IMG/VR virus record: IMGVR_UViG_3300032333_000173
Coordinates: 1 to 35,348 of that record
Reading direction: 5' to 3' (one strand)
DNA: 35,348 bases
DNA from: a virus
Lineage: Duplodnaviria > Caudoviricetes
In this document: positions 24,593-33,581 of the stretch, piece after piece
Layout of the letters: each line of letters starts with the position of its first letter
Numbering within the stretch: the stretch's first letter is position 1
Made by a program: the position numbers and the translations under genes
Notes under the pieces: model-generated
Databases searched by the model: none
What the model saw: the letters and a program-made list of their open reading frames with translations, nothing else
Told to the model about the DNA's origin: nothing

Positions 24593-25489
24593 TTAATTTA
24601 GAGCGTCGTATGTTTTACCGAACATAGCTTTTGCTAATCGGTCTTTAGTGCTCATTTTTTGAGGGGCACTTGGGGCAGGGCCAGACGCTTTTGGCACAAT
24701 CCCAGCTTTTTTATTCTTTTCAACTCTATTCATGAAATCAGCTTCAACCTTCTTGGCATAAGCAGAATTGATTATGTCCTCATATTCCACTCGAAACGCA
24801 TGATAGACGTGTTTAGGGTCTACACCGTTTTGTTCGCAATAGGTCAAAAACTCATTTCTAAAGTTTTCAGAAAGGGGAACCCCGTAATCCTTACATAACT
24901 TTTCAATCTTGGAATACCCTTGATCGATAGTGTCTGTAAGGCTACTGACTACTTTTTCGCTCTCAATTTGTTCACGTTCTGTTTTCATCCTGTTGAATTC
25001 ATTTTCAAGCGATTTAAAACGCTCGATCTGTTCTTGGTTCATTCCAGGAAATTGTTTTTGCAATTCCGCTTGCTCAAGCTCACTAAAAAAATTAATGACC
25101 TTTTGGGAATGTTCAGGGTGACTCAGCCACGTATCCATATATTGAGCGCGTTGGTTGGTCAGATTGTTAGGGTCTTTAAGCTCCCTGTATTCTTTGACGT
25201 ATTCAGGAAACTTTGCAAAGTCTAATTGATATTCTTTGAAAGTCTTTTCATACGTCCCAACTTTCTCTTTTAGCGGAGAAAGCATTTTTTCCATCTCTTT
25301 GTAGGATTTGTACGAATCCTCGTGAGACTTCCACATTTTTCCCCATCGCTTATCGTTCTCCCAAGATTCTTTAGCCGGTTGAGGAACGCTTTCTGCTTGC
25401 GCAGTGGTTTCTACAGCTTGGGCCTCTCCTGGATTCTCGATATCTTTATTTTCAATGTTTTCGGCTACTTGAGCCTCTATTTTTGGCAT
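24593..25489 (-). CDS. Scaffolding protein, 298 aa
   Basis: Acidic N-terminus, KSY.EMEK motif, coiled coils, upstream of the MCP. Confidence 0.8.
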   Translation of the reverse strand: MPKIEAQVAENIENKDIENPGEAQAVETTAQAESVPQPAKESWENDKRWGKMWKSHEDSYKSYKEMEKMLSPLKEKVGTYEKTFKEYQLDFAKFPEYVKEYRELKDPNNLTNQRAQYMDTWLSHPEHSQKVINFFSELEQAELQKQFPGMNQEQIERFKSLENEFNRMKTEREQIESEKVVSSLTDTIDQGYSKIEKLCKDYGVPLSENFRNEFLTYCEQNGVDPKHVYHAFRVEYEDIINSAYAKKVEADFMNRVEKNKKAGIVPKASGPAPSAPQKMSTKDRLAKAMFGKTYDALN

Positions 25490-25512
25490 TTAATACTCCT
25501 TACGGTTCGTAT

Positions 25513-25623
25513 TTATTTTTTATTTTCTTTGGTTTCGATCTTATTCATAACCATGGCGATATTTCGTAAATCAGAATTCGAAAAATGTCTTTCGCCGAAT
25601 TTTTCTGGGTGTTCAAATCCCAT
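25513..25623 (-). CDS. Small hypothetical protein, 36 aa (MGFEHPEKFGERHF...)
   Basis: GGGAGG SD; fills the gap. Confidence 0.45.
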   Translation of the reverse strand: MGFEHPEKFGERHFSNSDLRNIAMVMNKIETKENKK

Positions 25624-25625
25624 AA

Positions 25626-25871
25626 CTACCTCCCCATTTTCTCGAGCGCAGCCATCATTTTGTCGCGCTTGCTTGGCTCTGGAACGGCTTCAGGAGCCCC
25701 TTCAGATGATTCTTCTTGAGCTTGCTCGCCCTTCATTTGCTGAAGCGCTGCAATTGCTCCCTCTGAATCGCCAGATTGGATTAATCCGATAACCTGATCG
25801 ATCATCTGGCCGATAGCGTCTTGAGCCGGAGCTTCAGGCGCTTCTTCTTGCATTAATTGTGGTTTGTCCAT
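25626..25871 (-). CDS. Acidic head-module protein, 81 aa
   Basis: GAGGTG SD; Glu/Ala/Gln-rich. Confidence 0.7.
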   Translation of the reverse strand: MDKPQLMQEEAPEAPAQDAIGQMIDQVIGLIQSGDSEGAIAALQQMKGEQAQEESSEGAPEAVPEPSKRDKMMAALEKMGR

Positions 25872-25887
25872 CTTTCACCTCATGGTG

Positions 25888-25934
25888 ATTTTATGGACTT
25901 GTTATGAGTAGTGGAATTTAATTAAATATTTTAA
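25888..25934 (-). promoter_or_regulatory. Late-type promoter 3 (scaffold-capsid operon)
   Basis: TTAAAAT-ATTTAATTAAAT (25916-25927), 22 nt, TAAAAT (25888-25893). Confidence 0.72.
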
Positions 25935-26377
25935 ACTGACTTTTTAGGCCTGCCCTTTTTCTTGGGCTTTTCTTGTAATTGCTCAACTAGAACTTCCTCC
26001 TGGACTTCAGGCAATTCTTTGGCATCCAGTTTTATTTCTGACGGATGAACCTCTTCAAGAATAACTTCAGGGGGTTTAATTGGCTTGGGGCCGCTAATTA
26101 AATGGGCAATAAACTCTTTATTTGGAGCATACGGAACAGAAGGGACTTCTGAAACCTCGAAAGCCTCAATTTTTCTTTCTTCTCCTGTCAATTTCTGCAA
26201 TAAAATATCCATAGAATACTCAGTCAAAAATAGGTGCACACCGTCTATTGTTACCCGGTAGTAATTATCGGCCATTGTATCTAGCCTTACACCACAAGAT
26301 TTCGGGAAACACCCTGTAATCTCGAATAGATCAGCTGTCGCCTTTTGAATAAATTTTTCACCTGTTTGGAATTTCAT
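25931..26377 (-). CDS. Hypothetical protein with KKKGRPKK tail, 148 aa
   Basis: AAGGAG SD; AT-hook-like C-terminus. Confidence 0.7.
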   Translation of the reverse strand: MKFQTGEKFIQKATADLFEITGCFPKSCGVRLDTMADNYYRVTIDGVHLFLTEYSMDILLQKLTGEERKIEAFEVSEVPSVPYAPNKEFIAHLISGPKPIKPPEVILEEVHPSEIKLDAKELPEVQEEVLVEQLQEKPKKKGRPKKSV

Positions 26378-26387
26378 ATCATGCTCC

Positions 26388-28481
26388 TTAATGTATATTA
26401 TGTTTCTTGTCCATTATAGCAGCTGTAACCTTTTGGCTTTCGTCTGCTAGTTTTGGATCATTCGAAATAACCTCTGGGACTGCCGTTGCGGTAGTCGCTA
26501 CGTCAGATTTAGAGACAATGCTTTGCGCTGGTGCGTCAGTGATCTTATCCACTGCTTGAGCCTGGAATCCCAACTGCGCCAAGAATTCAGCTTTGGCCCC
26601 TGAGTTGAATTCAAGCGCTTTTAACATATCGCTGGCAGCCTTGGATTGATTTGGGTCTGAAAGTATTTGCATGTACATCGGTTTTGGAGGAGCTTTGGCT
26701 AATTCGTCTTGCTTCTTTCGTGAAATAGCAATGAATTCCCGATAATTTGGGATATCAAGAGCTTTTAGGTACTGTTCCTTCAAATCTATATCTTGAGGGT
26801 CTCCTAGTACCCCGGAATTGAACAAATTAGAAACAACCGTGGCATTCTCGCGCCTTGTCCTAGGGATATCATTTCCAGCTATTACTTTGACCTGAAATTT
26901 CCAGTTCGGGCTTACCTCGATCATATGAACTGCCTTGCCAGCCTTGTCATATAAACTCACATTTTGAGTAACCGTACCGTCTTCTTGAGTTTTCCCACCA
27001 AATCCAGCATGAGTTATCTCTACCCCGCCAAACGTCATTCTCGTTGTCAAGGATAAAAGGTCTTGTGTGTTGCAGTGGCATTGAATCAACGTCAAAACCT
27101 TTTCTCCTACTCGAATAAGCGTATCAACTAGATTCCTCTGGACCAGTCGAATAGAAGCCATCGGAGAATCTTGTAGCGCCTCAACCTGATCTGCCGAGCT
27201 AGTTCCCGTTTGCTGCATTCCGTTTACAAATGTTTCGTTAACTCGAGCTACCGCATAGGCTTGGTTTTTAAGGAAATCAATATACGTTTCTAAAGTCTGA
27301 ACTTCTGAAAGCGTGTTATTTGTCAGGACAGGAGGAAGTTTCCCCTCTCCCCTTCCAACGTTGTCCATAAACATCACGAACTGGTTCACGAAGTCATTCT
27401 CTTCTACATCGATATCTAGGCCCTTGTCTAAAAGAATAATGGATACGTATTTAGCTATTAATTGCCTGAGTCTAAATAGAGCAGCATTGATCCGATCTTG
27501 GACAGGTATTAATTGCTCAACTTCGCTTAATCCCTTTACCCCCTCAATATTGTAAGGCTTGAAAATGTCGACGTTCCCTATATTCTTAAACGACTCTGGT
27601 ACAGCATCATCCTTCAATACTATTTTCTGTTTTGAATCTGGGATAAAAACAATTATGCGCCCATTTGGATATTTCATTTGCCAAACTTCTTTTTCTACTT
27701 GTTTTTCATCGTTCTCGTTTGAGTTTGGGGAATAAAGAGAGTCATCTAAAAGGTACATGGAAACGATCTTTACAGTCTTGCCAACAGTCTCAAGACCCCC
27801 CTGATAGGCATACTGTTGCCCGCCCTGTTGATCGTTGGTATATGAGAAGACGGCCCCGCGAGCTCCCTTTTCTTTTTCTCGCTTTACGTTAGTCATTAAG
27901 TCGATCTGTTCGATCATGTCCATATCCCATGAACCATCTGGCAATTTAGCATAGGTTTTTTTAACCTCAGCTGGGTTCATGTTGGTTTCATATGCAAAGA
28001 ATGTCGCATTCTCTATCGAAGTGGCCGTCTTATCCCACCTCAAACACTGGGATTCCAGAACCCTGATTTTAATATCTCCCTTTTCTGTCTCAGCATCAAA
28101 ATAAGTCTGCACAGGCGAATAACTGGCAATCAACCCCTGCCTGGCCAATCGTTCCTTTAAGACCGACATATGATTCTCGTCTAAAATCTGCTTCAGCTTG
28201 TCCTGGTAAACATCCGCCACAGCTTGAAGCTCTCTCATTGAAGTAAGATCCTGAAAAGATCCGATTTGAGGAATAACGTTTAAAGTTACATTCTGCTCTA
28301 AAATCTCGGATAACTTGGCTTCGATAATTTGAAATATAACATTGTAAGCCGATTGCCCTGAGTTATCCCCATCAGCCAGAAATGCAGGTTTGCCCATCCA
28401 GTACTTGTTATATTTCTCAACTACCGTCTGCTCATTAGCCGCATTCTTCCACAGTTCGGATACTTTCTCGTAAATTCCCAT
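26388..28481 (-). CDS. Portal protein (P22-like size), 697 aa
   Basis: Size and position. Motifs YNVI..IIE, GLSEVEQLIPVQDRIN, FQVKV.AG...P.TR. Confidence 0.88.
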   Translation of the reverse strand: MGIYEKVSELWKNAANEQTVVEKYNKYWMGKPAFLADGDNSGQSAYNVIFQIIEAKLSEILEQNVTLNVIPQIGSFQDLTSMRELQAVADVYQDKLKQILDENHMSVLKERLARQGLIASYSPVQTYFDAETEKGDIKIRVLESQCLRWDKTATSIENATFFAYETNMNPAEVKKTYAKLPDGSWDMDMIEQIDLMTNVKREKEKGARGAVFSYTNDQQGGQQYAYQGGLETVGKTVKIVSMYLLDDSLYSPNSNENDEKQVEKEVWQMKYPNGRIIVFIPDSKQKIVLKDDAVPESFKNIGNVDIFKPYNIEGVKGLSEVEQLIPVQDRINAALFRLRQLIAKYVSIILLDKGLDIDVEENDFVNQFVMFMDNVGRGEGKLPPVLTNNTLSEVQTLETYIDFLKNQAYAVARVNETFVNGMQQTGTSSADQVEALQDSPMASIRLVQRNLVDTLIRVGEKVLTLIQCHCNTQDLLSLTTRMTFGGVEITHAGFGGKTQEDGTVTQNVSLYDKAGKAVHMIEVSPNWKFQVKVIAGNDIPRTRRENATVVSNLFNSGVLGDPQDIDLKEQYLKALDIPNYREFIAISRKKQDELAKAPPKPMYMQILSDPNQSKAASDMLKALEFNSGAKAEFLAQLGFQAQAVDKITDAPAQSIVSKSDVATTATAVPEVISNDPKLADESQKVTAAIMDKKHNIH

Positions 28482-28487
28482 TTGGCT

Positions 28488-28527
28488 ATAGTATTTTATT
28501 TAACCTGTTGGCCATATTTAATTTAAT
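28488..28527 (-). promoter_or_regulatory. Late-type promoter 4 (portal)
   Basis: ATTAAATTAAAT (28516-28527), 22 nt, TACTAT (28488-28493), 6 nt, ATG. Confidence 0.6.
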
Positions 28528-28940
28528 CTGAATTTGCCTTTTTCCATTAATGACTTTTGGAAAGAAAACCCTTGATATAACTTATCGACTTTTGATTCAA
28601 TATTCTTACGCATTTTTAACCTAGCCTTTTCGTCCAAGTATTTTTTATTCCTTGCCGTCTCTCTTGAGAATTCATCATGCTTGCAGAATATTTTTCCAGA
28701 TCTCTCCAAGTCCCTCATTTGCTTCAGGCTCTCGATCTTAGTCCCTGTACCGATGTCAAAAAAAGAATTGAAAATAGCTCTAGACTTTGGAACAGCTTGC
28801 CCGTAATAGAACAAGTAATCCCCGCCACATTCACAATGCCCAGCCAAAAACCCTTTGTCGGCGAATCTGCGGATAAGCTTAACATCTCGGCATTTGTCAC
28901 AGATAATTTTAACCCCTTTAAAAAGATTCTTAAATTTCAT
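28518..28940 (-). CDS. Zinc-ribbon protein (FmdB-like), 140 aa
   Basis: CDKC...CECGG, then FD...G..IES..Q. Confidence 0.7.
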   Translation of the reverse strand: MKFKNLFKGVKIICDKCRDVKLIRRFADKGFLAGHCECGGDYLFYYGQAVPKSRAIFNSFFDIGTGTKIESLKQMRDLERSGKIFCKHDEFSRETARNKKYLDEKARLKMRKNIESKVDKLYQGFSFQKSLMEKGKFRLN

Positions 28941-29232
28941 CCAAAAACCTCGCTATTCTCGGGAAATAACTATTCCTAATTCTCTGTCCTGATCTGTAAC
29001 CATTGACAATCTGCCAGGCCCTAGGAGTTGTAACACATAAGTGCTCTGCCAATTGCGGATAGGTTACTTTCTTTTTAGACATCATTTGTTTGAATTTGTC
29101 TCTTGAGAATCTCTTTGCCTTTATAGAGTAATAATCGCTTAACCCGTCAAAATAAAGACTTATCCCGTAAACCAGACTATCCATCGCGTCTAGATTTGAC
29201 CTAATGGAATCAAATTTTATTCTTGAGTGCAT
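28930..29232 (-). CDS. HTH (Cro/XRE-like) protein, 100 aa
   Basis: KKVTYPQLAEHLCVTTPRAWQIVNG...IARFL. Confidence 0.7.
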   Translation of the reverse strand: MHSRIKFDSIRSNLDAMDSLVYGISLYFDGLSDYYSIKAKRFSRDKFKQMMSKKKVTYPQLAEHLCVTTPRAWQIVNGYRSGQRIRNSYFPRIARFLDEI

Positions 29233-29611
29233 GGTATCTTAGGAATTTGCCAATAATTGACCTTATAGTCAAATCTTTAACGTGGCCGCTAACTAATCTG
29301 TATGCGTAATCTTCAGATTGATATTCAGATACCTTCATCTTTGCTAGAAATTCGATGATATTCTGGACCTTAAGACCGCTTTCCTGATAAAAAGCCTTGA
29401 TCTCGTCATCCTTAAACTCTTCCATGAACTTCTTGTCAAAATCAAGTGTTTGAAGCTTTATTGAAACGGTATTCATGATCCTGTTTAAATCTTCGATCTG
29501 ATTATTGATATTCTCCAGCCTGGCCTCGACAGTATTAGGATTCCTAAACTGAGCTACTGAATCGATTTGATCCTGCAGGTCCTTAATCTTAATTCTGACC
29601 GATTCTTCCAT
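29210..29611 (-). CDS. Coiled-coil protein, possibly with a C-terminal DNA-binding domain; start revised to MEESVR
   Basis: AGGGG SD before ATG 29611; heptad N-terminal half. Confidence 0.6.
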   Translation of the reverse strand: MEESVRIKIKDLQDQIDSVAQFRNPNTVEARLENINNQIEDLNRIMNTVSIKLQTLDFDKKFMEEFKDDEIKAFYQESGLKVQNIIEFLAKMKVSEYQSEDYAYRLVSGHVKDLTIRSIIGKFLRYHALKNKI

Positions 29612-29621
29612 AACTTTCCCC

Positions 29622-29816
29622 CTAGTAAAATTCTGACATAAACTCACGCGCTTTAACCTCAGTATCAAATGCTACATCTAAAGGCTTTGAGCCAACTAAT
29701 GTGATACTTACTACCCATTTGTCTTCTGACTTGTTAATCAGCATAAGGCTTAATTGTTTTGGATTTATGAATATGGTGTTGAGTGGCTTACTGAAATATC
29801 TTGAAATATCTAGCAT
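29622..29816 (-). CDS. Hypothetical protein, 64 aa
   Basis: Preceded by TTGAAT, 16 nt, TAGAAT, 7 nt. Confidence 0.6.
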   Translation of the reverse strand: MLDISRYFSKPLNTIFINPKQLSLMLINKSEDKWVVSITLVGSKPLDVAFDTEVKAREFMSEFY

Positions 29817-29836
29817 TAATCTGATTCTATACGATC

Positions 29837-31201
29837 TTAGCCAAGATTCAAATACCTTTTTGGCTTCTTGGCGTTATATCCAGCAAGCGATTTCTTGTAA
29901 GCCATAACGCTAGGGTTCACGGTCTTGAATTTCTCGATGTGCGAAATCAGATAAAGCATCGCATCAATTGCATCATTCTCAGTGTCGCTTGGCTTATCGG
30001 CTTGTCTCTTATCAGTTCCAAGTCTAAGCTTTTTAACCTTGTAGTTCATAATCTGTTTCCAAAGTGTTACGCACTTTCTACTAATAAATAACCTGTCTGT
30101 TTTAAATAACATGTTGGCCAGAAGGATATTGGCCATTTCCTGCTTGTTGGACTCAATAAGTGCCAGCCCAAAAGGTGAATTGCTCAATATGTCCCAGATA
30201 CTTTTCCCATCTGACTCTGGTCTCTTGATTGCATAATCTGCCACAATAGAAAAGTTCCCGTGTTGCTTTGCGGCAGCTGCTATCGCGTCTGGGGTTTGCC
30301 GGTTCATTACCCATTCATCAAAGATGAATATCCGACCGTCATAGTCAACAAATGCCCACAGTATCGCCGTATCATGCAGCCATCCATAATCCAGTGATTG
30401 GTAAATGTTGAACTTCTTGGCGTCACTCGGATCGATTAGATCCACAATGTTCTTTGATTCTCTGAACTCACTAAACACTGCATCAACCAGGTTCTCCCAT
30501 CCTCCCCTAAGAAACCTGTTCACCCATTCTCTAGGGTAGTTATTCTCGATAAATTCAATGTACCCAGCCGGTAGGTTCTTTCGGTTCTCCTCAGTGTCTA
30601 CGTCTATGAACAAAATCCCGTCATTCTCTAGCTGTTCTGTGGTCCGATCTTTGTACCGTTTCTTTGGCCAACTCGCCCCTGGATTTCCCTCAGTTAAAAG
30701 TAATGGCTGTGGGAGGTTCTTACCTGATAATCGAGATAAAGCCAGTAAGAATATATCTTCAGGGTTGTCTTCAGCTTGGCAGAAAGCGATCACATCGTAT
30801 TCAGTAGACAAAATCCCTTTCCCGTCAACATCAAAAGCCCTGAACTTGACCACGCTATTGTTTTTAAACTTAGCGCTTCTTTCAGTCTTTAAGTATTCAA
30901 ACTGTCCTGACATCCCAAAATCATCATTGAATTGCTGAATAACAGAATCTTTAAGTTGGTCATAAGTGTCACGAACATAAAGCACTTTAATGTTTGGGTA
31001 CTTGGAACATAGATAAAACACAGCAAATTGGTAAATAAATGACTTGCCAGCCCTAACCCCACCAAAGAACGCTATTTCTCTGAACGTTGGAAGATACTCC
31101 CCGTTTTTAAAGATCGATTCTGTGAATATCTTTTGAGACGGATTAAGAACATAGGTTCTTTCAAACGATCCAGCTTTATCCCGAAGCGTTATTTCTTTCA
31201 T
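29837..31201 (-). CDS. terL: Terminase large subunit (PBSX-like), 454 aa
   Basis: Walker A GGVRAGKS, motif III EGNP, nuclease motifs LDYG / AD / DAIDA. Confidence 0.93.
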   Translation of the reverse strand: MKEITLRDKAGSFERTYVLNPSQKIFTESIFKNGEYLPTFREIAFFGGVRAGKSFIYQFAVFYLCSKYPNIKVLYVRDTYDQLKDSVIQQFNDDFGMSGQFEYLKTERSAKFKNNSVVKFRAFDVDGKGILSTEYDVIAFCQAEDNPEDIFLLALSRLSGKNLPQPLLLTEGNPGASWPKKRYKDRTTEQLENDGILFIDVDTEENRKNLPAGYIEFIENNYPREWVNRFLRGGWENLVDAVFSEFRESKNIVDLIDPSDAKKFNIYQSLDYGWLHDTAILWAFVDYDGRIFIFDEWVMNRQTPDAIAAAAKQHGNFSIVADYAIKRPESDGKSIWDILSNSPFGLALIESNKQEMANILLANMLFKTDRLFISRKCVTLWKQIMNYKVKKLRLGTDKRQADKPSDTENDAIDAMLYLISHIEKFKTVNPSVMAYKKSLAGYNAKKPKRYLNLG

Positions 31202-31596
31202 TCCTTGATTATGATTTCAAACGTATTTGTAACTTTGGCCTCAATGTCCTGTTTATCTCTCCAACCAAATCTGTTCTTCATGTTTATAAACCACATCGCA
31301 GGGTTGACGTTAGTATGGATTTGTTTCCCGCCACTCGAATGATAGATACCCGTTCGCCCTACGTTTAGCCACCAAGTCTCGCAAAGGATCTGCCCTCTTT
31401 TTATGGTTTCTGTAAATTCTGGTTCTTCTTCTAGGAATCTAGCCCAAACCTCTTTTGAGATGTCCAGCATAGCCATGCATTCAACATCTGAACCGCCTTC
31501 TGATTTAAGCTTTAGGATTTCTTGTTCCCAGTTATCTGGTAAGTCGTTAAGTGTCTTTTTAGGTCTACCTACTGGATTCTTTGTTAGATTCTCCAT
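31198..31596 (-). CDS. terS: Terminase small subunit, 132 aa
   Basis: VGRP N-terminus, HTH, PEF.E...RG, MKNRFGWRDKQ. ATGA coupling to TerL. Confidence 0.88.
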   Translation of the reverse strand: MENLTKNPVGRPKKTLNDLPDNWEQEILKLKSEGGSDVECMAMLDISKEVWARFLEEEPEFTETIKRGQILCETWWLNVGRTGIYHSSGGKQIHTNVNPAMWFINMKNRFGWRDKQDIEAKVTNTFEIIIKE

Positions 31597-31639
31597 GCGG
31601 GGATAATATCATTTCTATCTGTTTTTAGCCTTACTAATT

Positions 31640-31777
31640 TCAAAGATCATCTATCAAAGCCTTGATCTCTTCCTTTTTTACCGGAATTTGATCGCGAAGC
31701 TCTTTTGTTACCTTAACCTTAAATGCTTCTTTCATTTGGCTGAGTTCTTTTACCTTATTTATAATATTATCGCTCAT
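31640..31777 (-). CDS. Small helical protein, 45 aa (MSDNIINKVKEL...)
   Basis: AGGAGG SD. Confidence 0.6.
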   Translation of the reverse strand: MSDNIINKVKELSQMKEAFKVKVTKELRDQIPVKKEEIKALIDDL

Positions 31778-31907
31778 TTTTCCTCCTAATAAAATCAAAA
31801 TTCTTGGCCATGTACCAAATGAAAAACAATTCCCCCACAGCTATTCCAAGAGCTCCGTAGTTTAAGAATGTCTCTACCAATCGAATCAAAAAATCATAAA
31901 TCTGCAT
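31767..31907 (-). CDS. Single-TM holin-like protein, 46 aa (not in ORF track)
   Basis: MQIYDFLIRLVETFLNYGALGIAVGELFFIWYMAK..., AGGGGG SD. YGALG is reminiscent of BhlA-type holins. Confidence 0.55.
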   Translation of the reverse strand: MQIYDFLIRLVETFLNYGALGIAVGELFFIWYMAKNFDFIRRKNER

Positions 31908-32169
31908 TTGATTTCCCCCTTAAAAGATATTTGAACACGAAAAATATATCCAGCAAAACAAACGCAGGAACCAAAAGCCGATAGTTTTCAATCCCTGAAT
32001 GTATCGCTGTGGCCATGTAAAAGAACATGAAAGAATTCGTATAAAATACACCTGCAAATGCTGAACGTATCGCGTTGTCATCTGTCATCTTAGCCTCTCC
32101 GTACAGCCGAAGGGCAACGTACAAACAGACCAACGCAAACACGAAATAGCTAATCATCAAGAACGCCAT
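31894..32169 (-). CDS. 3-TM membrane protein, 91 aa (paralogue B)
   Basis: Three hydrophobic segments; aligns with 32157..32441. Confidence 0.75.
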   Translation of the reverse strand: MAFLMISYFVFALVCLYVALRLYGEAKMTDDNAIRSAFAGVFYTNSFMFFYMATAIHSGIENYRLLVPAFVLLDIFFVFKYLLRGKSNADL

Positions 32170-32441
32170 AAATACCTCAATACTGGGATTATACTCACAA
32201 ACACAAAAATAACCGCTCCAGCATCATAATTTCTAATGCCGACAATCAAGCAAATGTCTTGATAGATAAATAACCACCCATTTACCTGAAAAACCCAATA
32301 GAAAGCAAACTTTAAATCATAGGAATCATTCTGTTTATCGTCATGATTCATTAGTATTTTGAACTTCCATGCAATCGAGAAAAACAATATTCCAGAAAGC
32401 AAAAACCCTAAAAATATAAATGAAATGTATTGCTCACTCAC
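32157..32441 (-). CDS. 3-TM membrane protein, 94 aa (paralogue A)
   Basis: Three hydrophobic segments; GTGA coupling. Confidence 0.75.
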   Translation of the reverse strand: MSEQYISFIFLGFLLSGILFFSIAWKFKILMNHDDKQNDSYDLKFAFYWVFQVNGWLFIYQDICLIVGIRNYDAGAVIFVFVSIIPVLRYLWRS

Positions 32442-32770
32442 AGCTGACCCCGTGCTTCTATGCGGTCTATTTTTACCGTGAGTTTATCAATGTGAGATTT
32501 TATGTAATTAAGTTCGACTTGATCAGATGCTTGCCTGGAGATCACACTATTTGAAAGAGACTTAAGCTCGATACTCATTGCATTTAAATTCGTGTCTAAC
32601 CGTTTTAAATATGTTTCGGTCAGGTCTAACGTGACTTCCTTTTTGGATTCCTTGATCTTTTTTAGTATCCAGTTGTAAGCGTGAATGATCATTCCAAATT
32701 GTAATACATCCACAACATTCAGGGATTTAACTATCTCTGTGATTTCTTTGGATAGCTTAATGATATCCAT
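32438..32770 (-). CDS. Coiled-coil protein with a hydrophobic N-region (holin/XhlA-like), 110 aa
   Basis: Position after the fibre genes; heptad C-terminal half. Confidence 0.6.
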   Translation of the reverse strand: MDIIKLSKEITEIVKSLNVVDVLQFGMIIHAYNWILKKIKESKKEVTLDLTETYLKRLDTNLNAMSIELKSLSNSVISRQASDQVELNYIKSHIDKLTVKIDRIEARGQL

Positions 32771-32771
32771 A

Positions 32772-33581
32772 TCATTGAATAATCATGACATTCACAACTG
32801 GTTCATCTTGATATGTGGCATCGCTTCGTTTTGTCATAACAGTTACACTATTAACAGTTTGCGGAATCGTTGGATCTAGCCCGATAGCTGAATTAAGGGT
32901 TCCTGACCCTGACATCACGGCAGTGCAGAACGTTGCATAATTCACATTTGGCATTGGCGTTGCAAAAACAATTTCATAAACACCTACTGTAATATAATTC
33001 ACCGCAGCAACATTGAAAGAATTTAAAATTATAATCGCCGGAGCTGCATTGGCCGAATCAAAGCTCACCCATGCTTTGACTGGGAAAGTTGCTACAGACG
33101 GAACATAAGCTTCAATCGATTCGATGTAAGCATAGGAAGTATTAGCAGCAAGTGAGCCATAAATTACAGCAAAATTATTTGCCCCAGTTTCTCTTAATTC
33201 AACTTGTATATTAGTTACGGGTGAAACAATAGCCTTTGCAATTTGTTGAGAGCTTGGATCGCCTGTTGTATATGTCAGAGCCGAAGCCTGCCCATTTGCC
33301 CCGAGCAGAACATTATTTGTAACATCATACCATTGGTAGACAAGATACTGAGCACCACCCCCATTGCCAGCACCAAAAACAACACCCTCTAAAATATATT
33401 TTCTACCCGCTAGTAAAGTGATTAAACCGTTTGCCTGTCCAGCTCCCGTGCTTAAAGCTAAATTGCCAACGATCGTATCATATTCAATATGCTCGCCAAC
33501 TGTTGGTGTTTGGTTTTGAGTCGCTGTTAAGAAAGCATAATCTTTTTTTTGAAGGCCTGTATTTATAATTGAGTTTCCCAT
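32772..33581 (-). CDS. Tail fibre/receptor-binding protein, 269 aa
   Basis: C1q/BclA-like N-domain plus the common fibre C-domain VKAWVSFD...SFNV......GVYEIVFATPMPNVNY. TAATG coupling. Confidence 0.75.
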   Translation of the reverse strand: MGNSIINTGLQKKDYAFLTATQNQTPTVGEHIEYDTIVGNLALSTGAGQANGLITLLAGRKYILEGVVFGAGNGGGAQYLVYQWYDVTNNVLLGANGQASALTYTTGDPSSQQIAKAIVSPVTNIQVELRETGANNFAVIYGSLAANTSYAYIESIEAYVPSVATFPVKAWVSFDSANAAPAIIILNSFNVAAVNYITVGVYEIVFATPMPNVNYATFCTAVMSGSGTLNSAIGLDPTIPQTVNSVTVMTKRSDATYQDEPVVNVMIIQ

